A stretch of 64,000 nt of DNA from the NCBI GenBank assembly GCA_964016885.1, contig OZ024747.1, positions 37,076,001 to 37,140,000 of the forward strand, read 5' to 3'. This document shows positions 40,381-58,126 of this stretch, piece after piece; the stretch's first letter is position 1; each line of letters begins with the position of its first letter. This stretch comes from Eledone cirrhosa (Eukaryota). The notes under the pieces are model-generated. The model searched no databases, was not told the DNA's origin, and was given only the letters and a program-made list of their open reading frames with translations. The translations under genes were made by a program, and so were the position numbers.

Positions 40381-40553
40381 AGTAAGTAAGACCCCGACGG
40401 CTGAGCTCAAGCCGTTTCGACGGCTAATTCTGTCGAAACGGCTTGAGCTCAGCCGTCGGGGTCTTACTTACTCCTATTACCCACTCTACTACCCTAAGTA
40501 TTGAGTACTTTGGTGCGTTATGGTCCACCTGGTTCCTTACCACTTTTCCTTCG

Positions 40554-40555
<2 letters not shown>
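40377..40555 (+). mobile_element. PLE-like short unit with fold-back and hammerhead 3' half, (TA)n-flanked
   Basis: Near-identical family to 12593-12780. Confidence 0.8.
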
Positions 40556-40605
<50 letters not shown>

Positions 40606-40636
40606 TAAATGGAAACTATCTTTATAAAACCATATT

Positions 40637-40697
40637 TATTTTATTGTATATATTTCAAGGTACCAAAATTTTTGGTACGCTCTCATCAGTTAAAATA
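40637..40697 (-). ncRNA. Type I hammerhead motif with mutated cleavage triplet
   Basis: tattttaa CTGATGA GAG c GTACCAAA aat TTTGGTAC CTT GAAAT ATAT ACA ataaaata (AUA>ACA); same family as 44565-44636. Confidence 0.7.
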
Positions 40698-40703
40698 CAA
40701 AAG

Positions 40704-40817
40704 ATGTTTTACAGATAGTGACATATTCAAAACTAGAACTTAGCGTTTTGAGTTCTGTTTGAATAGAACTCAAAACGCTAAGTTCTAGTTTTGAATATGT
40801 CACTATCTGTAAAACAT
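40704..40817. repeat. 53-bp-arm perfect hairpin immediately 5' of the minus-strand hammerhead
   Basis: 40704-40756/40765-40817. Confidence 0.93.
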
Positions 40818-41068
40818 TTATTTATATTATACTACAGAAGAATAATGTAGAGTGCTTCTAAACTGTTATAAACTAAATTTGTTGAATAACTAACAAATTA
40901 AATAACTCATTGCTTATATATATATGCCTCCGTGATATTTTTTTCGGGGTTATAAGGGGCTTAGCTCTGTTTCTTGACCGTTGTATCACGTGACTGTCTC
41001 CCCCTCCGCCTTTTGGGATACTTTCTGACATCATATAGACGCTTTCTTGAGGCTAGTAAAACGAGGTA

Positions 41069-41158
41069 TCCTCTTGATAAGTCGGCAGACCTCGCAAAGG
41101 CTCTATATCTATATGATGTATTGTTTTTGTTTATGCCACGAAACTACGTAGTCGAGGA
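41069..41158 (+). ncRNA. Type I hammerhead ribozyme, U3:A8 core variant, long stem II loop
   Basis: tcctc TTGATAA GTcGGCA...TGCCAC GAA ACTACGTAGT C gagga. Confidence 0.7.
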
Positions 41159-41256
41159 ATCTAGAAGCAGTTTAGGTATGATACATCTTATTACTAATTA
41201 TATCTAAATGTTTCTTCTCTCTTCATAATGTATATATGTATATATATATATATATG

Positions 41257-41287
<31 letters not shown>

Positions 41288-41289
<2 letters not shown>

Positions 41290-41391
41290 AACAGTTGCAT
41301 AACAGTTACCATCAAAATACGTATAATATCCGACATTTTAACCGACTGACTTCTACTTCATTGTCCTACCAATACCCGGAGTACACATATC

Positions 41392-41454
<63 letters not shown>

Positions 41455-41620
41455 TTAGTCAATCAACCGACACTAGTGTAGTGCAGGATAGAGCACACGA
41501 CGGAGTATACATATAGGTATGACAATGAAGTAGAAGTCAGTCGGTTAAAATGTTCCTCATTTATTTGTTATATAATAGATATTATACGTATTTTGATGGT
41601 AACTGTTATGCAACTGTTAC
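41288..41620. repeat. Interrupted inverted repeat (~43 + ~40 bp blocks) around (TA)n
   Basis: 41288-41330/41578-41620 and ~41333-41370/41516-41553. Confidence 0.88.
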
Positions 41621-42474
41621 TACCTTCTCAGCAATTATGTGAATAGAAAGTTACATGAAGAAAATTACTTGAATAAAAGTGAAAATAAAAATCACTCATG
41701 TTGTTTCCATTCAGTGATTCGCCATGGCGTATTATTGATGTTGCTCCCTCAAAGCCCTACTGACATATATATGTGTGTGTGTCTGTGTGCGCCCGCGCGT
41801 GTGTGTGCGTGTGTGTGTGTATGTGTGTGTGTGTGTGTGCGTGTATGTGTGTGCGCATGTGCACTTTTGTAGGATGATGTGTGTGCATGTGCGTGATTGT
41901 GTGCTTCTAAGATTTTGGTTTTAATCTTCAGACTACTTTGTGAGTACGATCGCACTGTGACATTCTAGGAATTGTGTTTCCATGCATTATAACCCATTAC
42001 AATGTATTAGAATTATATAGCTAAAGGAGAGCATTCTCCACGCGATCTCAGAGTACAGTAGAAATAAAATAAAAATGCATCGAAGCAGTCAATAAATTCA
42101 GAAAAATAAAAGAACTCACAAATTGAATTAAAAAAAACATTTTTTTGCATAAAACCATGAAAAAGCAAAAATAATGTTCTCATACATATTTATTTCATTA
42201 CACACAAGGTCACAGAAAGTTAGATAATTAAACACACCCACATATACCCATGTTTGTGTGAGAATGTTTGTATACGTATTATGTATGTATGACAATGTAG
42301 GCGAGTGAGTGGATGTCTACAAACTAATGTGCACACATTTGTCATTATGTTGACTATTGGATATATATGTGGTAACACTCTTACATATACATAGGTATAT
42401 ATATGTGTGTGTTTGAGTGTGTGTGTGTGAATACGCACATATATATATGGATATATATAGATACATATATATAT

Positions 42475-42525
<51 letters not shown>

Positions 42526-42528
42526 TGG

Positions 42529-42564
<36 letters not shown>

Positions 42565-42615
42565 GGATATATATATATTCATATATATATATACGTATGT
42601 ATACGTATATATACG

Positions 42616-42691
<76 letters not shown>

Positions 42692-42707
42692 TATATACAT
42701 ATATATA

Positions 42708-42750
<43 letters not shown>

Positions 42751-42760
42751 GTATATATAC

Positions 42761-42831
<71 letters not shown>

Positions 42832-42854
42832 ATGTATATATACGTATATATACG

Positions 42855-42918
<64 letters not shown>

Positions 42919-43659
42919 AGAGGAACGGGAGAGAATGGCAGATTGTTTGATAGATACTTTGATACAGTATAAATGCATCTACATATAATTCTACTTTGAT
43001 TTGTGTTAAGTTCACTTCATTCTCTTTCCCTTTATATCTCTTGCTTTTTCTCCCACCCTGGCTTCCTCTCTCTCTCTCCCTCTCTCTCTCTCTCTCACTC
43101 CCCACCCCTCTACCTCTCTCTCTCACTCTCTCTCTCCTTCTCATTCAATCTATCTACTTATTCCCTGTTTTTATCATGCACACTCTCTAATACATTTCTG
43201 TCTAAATTTTCTTTATTATCTCTCACTCTCCCTGCTTTACCCAGCCTCTCATTTCTCATTTGTTATTTTCTCGAAATCCTTATCAATTTATGTTTTATTT
43301 TGTCCTGATCATTTCTCACCGTCATCTTCACTTCAATCTTAACCAGAATATATCACGGATCTCTGAAATATAAGATTCACGCATGACGGATACCATGTAG
43401 ATGTCCTGATAGTAATTCATTTACACCGAACATGAAACGTGACGGTGTATATTTGTCTACACGATTGCCAATTGTCTGAAAGTATTTCAAGTTGAGAAAC
43501 AGGGGAGATCACCATGTCCATTTTCACTGTCACGTCCCTACATTCTGTTAATTAGTAAGTACGTATGTTTGGGAGAGACTGAGCGGATATATTCTGCTGT
43601 GAATGTTACACATACTCACACACCGTCAAACAGACATATTTATTCATAAATATATATGT

Positions 43660-43746
<87 letters not shown>

Positions 43747-43838
43747 TGCGTGTCAGCGGTTCTTTTTTTTACTTGAGGAATGTTTGTAAATATCTCATTT
43801 GTAATTTTATATTTAACTATACATATAACTATGTAATC

Positions 43839-43883
<45 letters not shown>

Positions 43884-44119
43884 GTAGGAGGTGAGTTTTA
43901 TTGTAGCACAATAAAGCAATGCAAATATCGGATCTCTCCTCCTCTCTCCTCCTTCCTTCTTATACTCCTCCCCACCATTCTTTACTCTCATCTCTTCCTC
44001 TTCCTTGCCTTTTCCACACACCCCCCTCACTTTTTCCCAATCTCATACATCAATCTTAATTTATTTTTCATATGCTGAATTAAAACTTCACTATTCACAA
44101 GCTTCATATCATGTCTCCC

Positions 44120-44190
44120 TATTTTATCTGATGAGAACGCAGATATCATCCCATGATGATATTTGTTTTTGAAATACGCATAATAAAATA
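44120..44190 (+). ncRNA. Type I hammerhead ribozyme, intact core
   Basis: tattttat CTGATGA GAA c GCAGATATCATC ccat GATGATATTTGT t TTT GAAAT acgc ATA ataaaata: 8-bp stem I, long stem II, AUA triplet. Confidence 0.85.
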
Positions 44191-44220
44191 CTTGGAACTC
44201 TTTTAACCATCTTTTGATCT

Positions 44221-44290
<70 letters not shown>

Positions 44291-44356
44291 GTTATTCCGG
44301 GTTGAATCGAAGGTAACCACAGTAAGTAAGGTACTCAATACATAGCAGAGTATAAA

Positions 44357-44476
44357 AGTTTTAATATAGATGAGATTCTACAGGACTAGAACTGTTTCAT
44401 TCTTTAGAATGAATGATTCCTGGTGATTTCTAAAGAATGAAACAGTTCTAGTCCTGTACAATCTCATCTATATTAA

Positions 44477-44480
<4 letters not shown>
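44357..44480. mobile_element. Fold-back PLE-like unit with hammerhead (44415-44463, +; A6>G) of the 12509 family
   Basis: Arms 44357-44409/44428-44480; gattc CTGGTGA T TTC taaa GAA T GAA ACAG ttctagtc CTGT A. Confidence 0.8.
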
Positions 44481-44524
<44 letters not shown>

Positions 44525-44564
44525 CAGAATATTAATAAATGAAGACATTCATATAATCAAAATA

Positions 44565-44636
44565 CATGTTTTATTATATATATTTCGAAGGTACTGTGCT
44601 GTTTTTTCAGTACGTCCTCGTCAGATAAAATACATG
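44565..44636 (-). ncRNA. Type I hammerhead ribozyme, intact core
   Basis: catgtattttat CTGACGA GGA c GTACTG...CAGTAC c TTC GAAAT ATAT ATA ataaaacatg; palindromic ATAT loop III. Confidence 0.85.
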
Positions 44637-44693
44637 AATTGATGTATGACATACCTCAACGGTCTTGATTGTTCAATTCCAGTATTAGCAGAA

Positions 44694-44768
44694 AACTTTC
44701 CTTGTAGAGTGCTTTTAATCTATTGTAAAACTATATTCATTGAGTAATCAATGAACCATATTAATCTT

Positions 44769-44822
<54 letters not shown>

Positions 44823-44900
44823 CCAAAGATTAATATAGTTCATTGATTACTCAATGAATATAGTTTTACAATAGATTAAAAGCACTCCACAAGGAAAGTT
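44694..44900. repeat. ~77-bp inverted repeat centred on a (TA)n tract
   Basis: 44694-44770/44824-44900. Confidence 0.92.
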
Positions 44901-44951
44901 ATATATATATAGAGAGAGAGCTATATATATATATATATAATATATATATAT

Positions 44952-44982
<31 letters not shown>

Positions 44983-45423
44983 AGAAGAAGAAGAAGAAGA
45001 AGAAGAAGAAGAAGAAGAAGAATGTGTTTTAATGATTCTAGTTACTTTCTGAGTTCAATTCCTAGCGTAGTCAATTTTCATCCTTTCCATCCCTTACATT
45101 TTTCCTGGATCACTAAAATAAGATACCAGTTAAGTACTGCGGTCGATATAATCAACTGGCTGGACTTGTGCCTAAAGCATAATTCATATTTCACGCCATA
45201 GCTGTTATAAAAATATATATACATTTTTTTTTTTTCACAAAACTTTAAATCAATGTCAACGAATTAGCCCCTTTCCAGAAATTGAAGACGTCTGTCTAAT
45301 AAGATCTACTGCAAAGCCTTTAACAGGAATTTAATGACATATCTTATTTATAATACATAAAATAAAAATGACGTATAAACTGTATTACAGGTTCATTAGA
45401 AATCGGTGAGGAATTTACGTAGT

Positions 45424-45575
45424 TAATAATTGTTTCTACGTTAGGCACAAGGCCAGCAATTACGCAGTGCATTACTGGTACTTTATTTTATCGACCCCCT
45501 AAGGATGAAAGGCAAAGTTAACCTTGGCGGGATTTGAACTCAGAATGGCAAAGGCCGTAACTCTATACGTCAAAC
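45424..45575 (-). mobile_element. tRNA-derived SINE, partial (other degenerate copies at ~45050-45180 and ~45700-45995, +)
   Basis: Match to the 27262 family. Confidence 0.8.
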
Positions 45576-46441
45576 AAAGCCTGAAATATTTTCTCGGAAG
45601 TCAGGATTAATTAAATCGGTTTCAATATTTGAATACCACATATTTCATCGATCGATTTAACAATTGTAATATTCTCCACAATTGAACTATATTATTGACT
45701 GGTAGATTGGCGGAATTGGTGAAGCGTCGGACAAGTTCTAATACAGTTGAGAACGACTCTTAGTCAAGTGACCATGCTTATGGCACCAAATTTAAAGCCT
45801 GGGATATGTCAGAAAACTTTATATACAACAATGGTAGATTCGCAGATGCGGGAGTACTTTCTGTGTTCAAATTGCACCGAGGTTGAGTTTGATTTTCATT
45901 CTTCCGGGGTCATTAAAATATAAAAATGTTCAAGTACTAAAATCGATATAGTTATCTTTATTACCCTTAAATGCCAAAAGTAGAAACCATTATATACCAA
46001 TATATGTAGATATAAACTATACAATACTTTAGTCTATAATAGTGAAGGAATACAAGACCTAGCAATAAATAATAAATTATAAAGTCAAATTGAAGTAAAC
46101 ACTTAAATAAGTTATGATATTGATCGGCTTCTCAGATAAAACATCTGAAGATGAGTTGAAATAAGTGCTTGGAAGTACAAATTGACGTGTGTAGTTTCAT
46201 TTAAAAGAGATATGGGTATAGCAATATAAAGAGGAGAACGAGAGAAGGAGGGTCAGAGTAGGAAGAGGAGTTAGAAAAACAGTCAAATTGTTCTGATTCT
46301 AATGTTAATACAGCTACCCCGTTAGCACCCACTGCATGGTTCAACTTTCATTGCAGACATCTTTGTCAGTTTTGCTCTAAAATTATTGTTATTATTTTAA
46401 AGCATGCCCTCGACGCTTCTGACATCCAATTATTATTATTA

Positions 46442-46805
46442 TTGGCAGTATCGGTAGAGGGTCGGACGCCATGCTTTGGCGCATAGAGTTACGGCACTTG
46501 CCATTCTGAGTTCAAATCACGCCGAGGTTAACTTTGCCTTTCATCAGTACGGGGGTCGATAAAATAAAGTACCAGTAATACACTGGTTAATTGCTGGCTT
46601 TGTGCCAAAAGTAGAAACAATTATTATTATTGGCAGTATCGGTAGAGGGTCGGACGCCATGCTTTGAAGCATAGAGTTACCTCCCTTTATGATCTGAGTT
46701 CAAATCCTGCCTTTCATCCTTACGGGGTCGATAAAATATAGTACCAGTAATGCACTGAGAGAATTGCTGGCCTTGTGCCAAAAGTAGAAACAATTATTAT
46801 TATTA
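46442..46805 (+). mobile_element. Tandem pair of tRNA-derived SINEs joined through (ATT)n (partial minus copy at 46892-46985)
   Basis: Two consecutive ttggcagtatcggtagagggtcggacgcc...gtagaaacaattatt units. Confidence 0.88.
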
Positions 46806-47436
46806 TTTTTTTTTTTTTCAGTATTTCAACAAAATATATATCCTACATTTTATAGTTTACCAAGTTAAAACCCTGAGTTATTTTGTGAACTATAATTGTT
46901 TCTACTTTTGGCACAAAGCCAGCAAATTTTCAGTACATTACTGGTACTTTATTTTATCGACCCCGTAAGGATGAAAGGCAAAGTTTTGTGAACGATAATA
47001 TAGCGAAATGAAGGAAGATAAAGAAGGAATCGTGGTGTTTAGCCTGAAATTTAACATGACGAACACCAAAGGTGTAACTTAGATTTGTTTTTGGTTTTGA
47101 TGTTTTAGTTATTTTGTTGTTGTTGTTGTTGTTGTTTTAATACCTTTAACATTGTTCGTTCTGAAAATGTGACGGAGACCAATGTTGCTCTTTAAGGTGA
47201 TTCCATCATAGTCATCACCATCATCATTACCTTCACCATTGTTGATGGTGACGATGATGACGACGATGATGACGATGATGATGATGATGATGAGGAAGAG
47301 GAGGAGGAGGATAAGGAGGAGGAGGATAAGGAGGAGGAGGGAGAAGAAGAAAACGGATAGGGAGTGTATGGTGAGAAAATGAAGAACGGCGTAGAAAGAG
47401 GAAAGGCTTCAGGAGTTTTGGTTGTTCAGTTTATTT

Positions 47437-47456
47437 TCCTGTCACCACGGCTGACA

Positions 47457-47492
<36 letters not shown>

Positions 47493-48331
47493 CCTGTCAC
47501 CACGGCTGACATGTTGTTGTTGTTGTTGTCCTGTCACCACGACTGACATGTTGTTGTTGTTGTTGTTGTCCTGTCACCACGGCTGACATGTTGTTGTTGT
47601 TGTTGTTGTTGTCCTGTCACCACGGCTGACATGTTGTTGTTGTTGTTTTTGTAGTCCTGTCACCACGACTGACATGTTATTGTTGTTGTTGTTGCTGTTG
47701 TCCTGTCACCACGACTGACATGTTGTTGTTGTTGTTTTTGTTGTCCTGTCACCACGACTGACATGTTGTTGTTGTTGTTGTTGTTGTCCTGTCACCACGA
47801 CTGACATGTTGTTGTTGTTGTTGTCCTGTCACCACGGCTGACATGTTGTTGTTGTTTTTGTTGTCCTGTCACCACGGCTGACATGTTGTTGTTGTTGTTG
47901 TTGTTGTCCTGTGACCACGGCTGACATGTTGTTGTTGTTGTTGTTGTTGTCCTGTCACCACGGCTGACATGTTGTTGTTGTTGTTGTTGTCCTGTCACCA
48001 CGGCTGACATGTTGTTGTTGTTGTTGTCCTGTCACCACGGCTGACATGTTGTTGTTGTTGTTGTTGTCCTGTCACCACGGCTGACATGTTGTTGTTGTTG
48101 TTGTCCTGTCACCACGGCTGACATGTTGTTGTTGTTGTTGTTGTCCTGTCTGTTGTTGTTGTTGTCCTGTCACCACGACTGACATGTTGTTGTTGTTGTT
48201 GTTGTTGTTGTTGTCCTGTCACCACGACTGACATGTTGTTGTTGTTGTTGTTGTTGTCCTCTCACCACGGCTGACATGTTTTTGTTGTTGTTGTTGTCCT
48301 GTCACCACGACTGACATGTTGTTGTTGTTGT
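47437..48331. repeat. Compound minisatellite: GTCCTGTCACCACG(G/A)CTGACAT + variable (GTT)n, ~21 units
   Basis: Directly visible. Confidence 0.95.
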
Positions 48332-48384
48332 TTTATTGTTTGTTTATTCATTTCTGCAGTCATATTTGCAACTTTCCTGCAGTT

Positions 48385-49603
48385 TCATAATGTATATCCA
48401 CATCTTCATTATCATAATGTATATCCACATCTTCATTATCATAATGTAGATCCTCAGCTTCATTATCATAATGTATATCCACCACTTCATTATCATAATG
48501 TATATCCTCAGCTTCATTATCATAATGTATATCCACCACTTCATTATCATAATGTATATCCTCAGCTTCATTATCATAATGTATATCCACCACTTCATTA
48601 TCATAATGTATATCCACATCTTCATTATCATAATGTATATCCACCACTTCATTATCATAATGTATATCCTCAGCTTCATTATCATAATGTATATCCACCA
48701 CTTCATTATCATAATGTAGATCCTCAGCTTCATTATCATAATGTATATCCACCACTTCATTATCATAATGTATATCCTCAGCTTCATTATCATAATGTAT
48801 ATCCACAGCTTCATTATCATAATGTATATCCACCACTTTATTATCATAATGTAGATCCTCAGCTTCATTATCATAATGTATATCCACCACTTCATTATCA
48901 TAATGTAGATCCTCAGCTTCATTATCATAATGTATATCCACCACTTCATTATCATAATGTAGATCTTCAGCTTCATTATCATAATGTATATCCACCACTT
49001 CATTATCATAATGTAGATCCTCAGCTTCATTATCATAATGTATATCCACCACTTCATTATCATAATGTATATCCTCAGCTTCATTATCATAATGTATATC
49101 CACAGCTTCATTATCATAATGTATATCCACCACTTCATTATCATAATGTATATCCACAGCTTCATTATCACAATGTATATCCACCACTTCATTATCATAA
49201 TGTATATCCACCACTTCATTATCATAATGTATATCCACAGCTTCATTATCATAATGTATATCCACAGCTTCATTATCATAATGTATATCCACCACTTCAT
49301 TATCATAATGGATATCCACAGCTTCATTATCATAATGTATATCCTCAGCTTCATTATCATAATGTATATCCTCAGCTTGATTATCATGATGCATATCCAC
49401 ATCTTCATTATCATAATGTATATCCACAGCTTCATTATCATAATGTATATCCTCAGCTTCATTATCATAATGTATATCCTCAGCTTGATTATCATGATGC
49501 ATATCCACATCTTCATTATCATAATGTATATCCACACCTTCATTATCATAATGTATATCCTCAGCTTCATTATCATAATGTATATCCTCAGCTTCATTAT
49601 CAT
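48385..49603. repeat. 27-bp minisatellite, ~45 units
   Basis: Unit CTTCATTATCATAATGTATATCC + (ACCA/TCAG/ACAG/ACAT). Confidence 0.96.
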
Positions 49604-49888
49604 AACACCAACCATATTCAACTTCATCCTCATTGTTGTCGTAGTCAACACCATCATTACCCTCGTCTTCCACATTATCGTTGACCTTATGTCATCGTCA
49701 GCGTTGGTGCAGTTGTCATCATTTTCATCATCAACATCATCAACAACAACATCATTATCATCAACAACAACGCTATTTAAACATCATCCTCATTATCGTC
49801 GTCAACATCACCATTATCCTTATCATCATCTTCTTCATCATTTATGTTACGTCGGAGTCAGCGATAATCTTCATTATCAATTATATCA

Positions 49889-50100
49889 GAGCAGTGGATT
49901 GGCAGAATCGGTAGAGGGTCGGACGCCATGCTTTGCAGCATAGGGTTACAGCACTTTCCGGTCTGAGTTCAAATCCCGCCGAGGTTAACTTTGCCTTTCA
50001 TCCTTACGAGGTCAATATAATAAAGTACCTGTAATGCACTGGGTTATTTGCTCGTTTATTTGCTGGGTTATTTGCTGTGCTGAAAGTAAAAACATTTATC
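49889..50100 (+). mobile_element. tRNA-derived SINE
   Basis: Match to the 27262 family. Confidence 0.85.
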
Positions 50101-50286
50101 AATTATATCATCACAAACATCATTAGCATCAACATCAACGCTATTTGCATCATCATCATAATCATCATCATCATCATTATCATTATCAACCTCTATATCA
50201 TCGTCAGCTTTGTTGTAGTCGTGTTAATCTTCATCAACATCATTTCCATCATCATAATTATCGTCATCATCATCATCATCGTCATT

Positions 50287-50318
<32 letters not shown>

Positions 50319-50863
50319 AATAATTATCGTTATTGTCAATTTTCAAGAGGAAACAATAAAAGATCTTTTAAGAAATCTAAAACAGGAACAAGCCTCTACA
50401 ACCATCTCACGCTTTATTTGTTGAAAAGATTTGAAAGACATATTTACAAAACCTTAAAATACAAAAGCACTACAAATTGAGGTTTGCTGCTATTTCAACT
50501 AATATCATTAATAACGAAACCTTTCTGAACATTTCAATGTAATTTCTAATCAGGCTTCCTTCCAATTCCTTACAGCAATTTAACATTTTCAATTATTTGT
50601 TATATATATATATATATTTATTTATTTTATGATGATGATGGTAATTTACGTGTTTGTTTGTTTGATTGCTTATTGATATTATGTTCAATAATTATTTATT
50701 TGTTTTGCATAATTTTCCAGTTTCATTGTTTGTAGTAGTAGCTGCTTTAATATTGTTTCTGTTGCTGTTAGTGTTATACTTAGGGAACTGTGTTTTTGCA
50801 AAGAATCTGCGAAGAACATTAAAATAACATAAATTAACGTATGCATATATGTATATATATATT

Positions 50864-51003
<140 letters not shown>

Positions 51004-51479
51004 CGCGCGCGTATCATATTATATTATATTGCATTATATTATATTATATTATATTATATTATGTATATATATATATACGTATGATTATATATATACATAC
51101 AAATCTATATATGTATATACAGTATGTATGTATATACCAATATATTTATAGCTATCTGTGTGCGTATTGGTGTGTGGATGTATCTATGTATGTATATATA
51201 CATGTGCGCATGTGTGTATGAATGTATGCATGTATGTATATATGTATGTATGTATATATGGATGGATGGATGGTTGGATGGATGGGTGGATTTAAAATGA
51301 ACATGAAACATGAGAAAGAAAAACTTGTTGACAAATAACAAAGTGGTTTGATTAAAAATTCAATTTCAAATTACGGAATAGGAATAAATAATTTCAATTA
51401 TTCTATACTTTATTGTTATTAATATCATTATGATTTTATATACCACAACAACAATATCAACTTCAACAATAACAACAGT

Positions 51480-51860
51480 AATATTTCCACTTTTGGCATA
51501 AGGCCAGCAATATTAAAGAAGAGGATAGTCGATTAAATGGACCTCACTGTGTTAGTGGTACTTTATTTTATCGATGATGTAAGGATGAAAGACAAAGCTA
51601 ACCTAGGCGAGATTTGAATTCGGAACATAAAGAGGCGTAACTATAGGCCGCAAAGCATGTTGTCCGACGTTATAACGATTCTGCCAATCCACTAACTGTA
51701 CCTACAGTTAAAGGGAAGTGCAAAATCAATTAAATCGAACACAGTGCCTTACTGGTGCTTTATTTTATCGACCCCGTAAGGATAAAAGAGAAGGTGGCTC
51801 TCGGTGGGATTTGAACTCAGGATGTAAAGAGCCGAAACAAATACTGCCAAACATGTTACA
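51480..51860 (-). mobile_element. Two diverged tRNA-derived SINE copies
   Basis: Central domain and B-box reverse complements at ~51555-51625 and ~51750-51820. Confidence 0.75.
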
Positions 51861-52094
51861 AAATATATTAGGAAACTGGAGAATATGTATATCTGAGGAA
51901 TAAAGAAATACCCACATTTCCTCACGCTAGCCAACCACCGACAAGAAACAATGACATCCAAAGACGTGACAGAGTTAGGATTTACATGTATTGCCAGCAT
52001 TATGAGACGCGACCAGAAAAATTGTACAGGAAACTCTGATTCCTGTAGAGTCTATGTTAAGTGACTTGCAAAAAGATAAAGGGAGACCAAGCTA

Positions 52095-52210
52095 GCAGTC
52101 AAACAATAACGTTTTCTCCTTGGACGTAGCCCAGCCGACAAAATATTTATTCTGCAGCAGATCTTCGACAAAGCGTGGAATACTGCCAAAAGGTGTATGC
52201 TTGTTTCGTA
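52095..52210 (+). pseudogene. RTE-clade reverse transcriptase fragment
   Basis: Translates approximately Q*RFLLGRSPADKIFILQQIFDKAW...VYACFV, matching the QxGFRxGRSTxDxIFxLxQ motif. Confidence 0.65.
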
Positions 52211-52640
52211 TTTTGCAATACACTGTATGCTAAATAATACACTATATATGCTAAAAAATACACTATATATACATTCATATATATATATAGCGCTATTTCA
52301 GAGCACCAATTCTAATTTTCAATTTCTGCTTGACCGGCAACCGTTCTGTATAATCAGTTCCTGATTATTACTAGAATTCTATAAGAATCAAACATTCATG
52401 ATTTTCAGCAAACAGGTGGAGTACTTAGCTTTGATAAGCACCAGAAAGTACGAAACAGAGCTCTGTCAGCTTTATCTCCCCTGTTTGCTGAACATTTAAA
52501 GTAAGTGACACTGTCACTACTCTAAAACAATAGCATAAGGTCTTCGAAATGCTTTTAATTAAGCATACAGTGTATTGCAAAATACACTGTATATACATTC
52601 ATATATATATCGATATTTCAGAGCACCAATTCTAATATTT
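52207..52640 (+). mobile_element. PLE-like short unit with inverted terminal piece and duplicated junction
   Basis: tattttgcaatacactgtatgct (52209-52231) inverted at 52562-52584; 52260-52316 repeated at 52584-52636; family copy at 7050-7295. Confidence 0.72.
52404..52492 (+). ncRNA. Type I hammerhead ribozyme, U3:A8 core variant, extended stem I
   Basis: ttcagcaaacagg..ggag..agct TTGATAA GCAC cagaaa GTAC GAA ACAGAGCTCTGT C agct..ctcc..cctgtttgctgaa. Confidence 0.78.
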
Positions 52641-52740
52641 TAATCGATCGACTTCCGTCAAATCGGACCGAGGAAACAATGTTTCCATTGGCCTTTCCAA
52701 TTGCTAATACTATCTATCGGTCGCAACTCCAGGTAGAAGG

Positions 52741-52850
52741 AGCAACGTGAAATAAAGTGTCTTGCTCAAGGACATAACGCATCGTCTGGTCCAGGAATCG
52801 AACTCACAACCTTACGATTGCGAATCCAATTCTCTAACCACTCAGCCACA
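52741..52850 (-). mobile_element. CORE-type tRNA-derived SINE, 5' part
   Basis: Minus strand: gtggctgagtggttaga (A box), gagttcgattcc (B box), tgtccttgagcaagacacttt (CORE-like). Confidence 0.8.
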
Positions 52851-52861
52851 CACCTCCACAA

Positions 52862-58123
<5,262 letters not shown>

Positions 58124-58126
<3 letters not shown>

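Noticed and set aside
47437-48331. CRISPR-like repeat-spacer appearance
   Set aside because: Spacers are only (GTT)n, no cas genes, eukaryotic context
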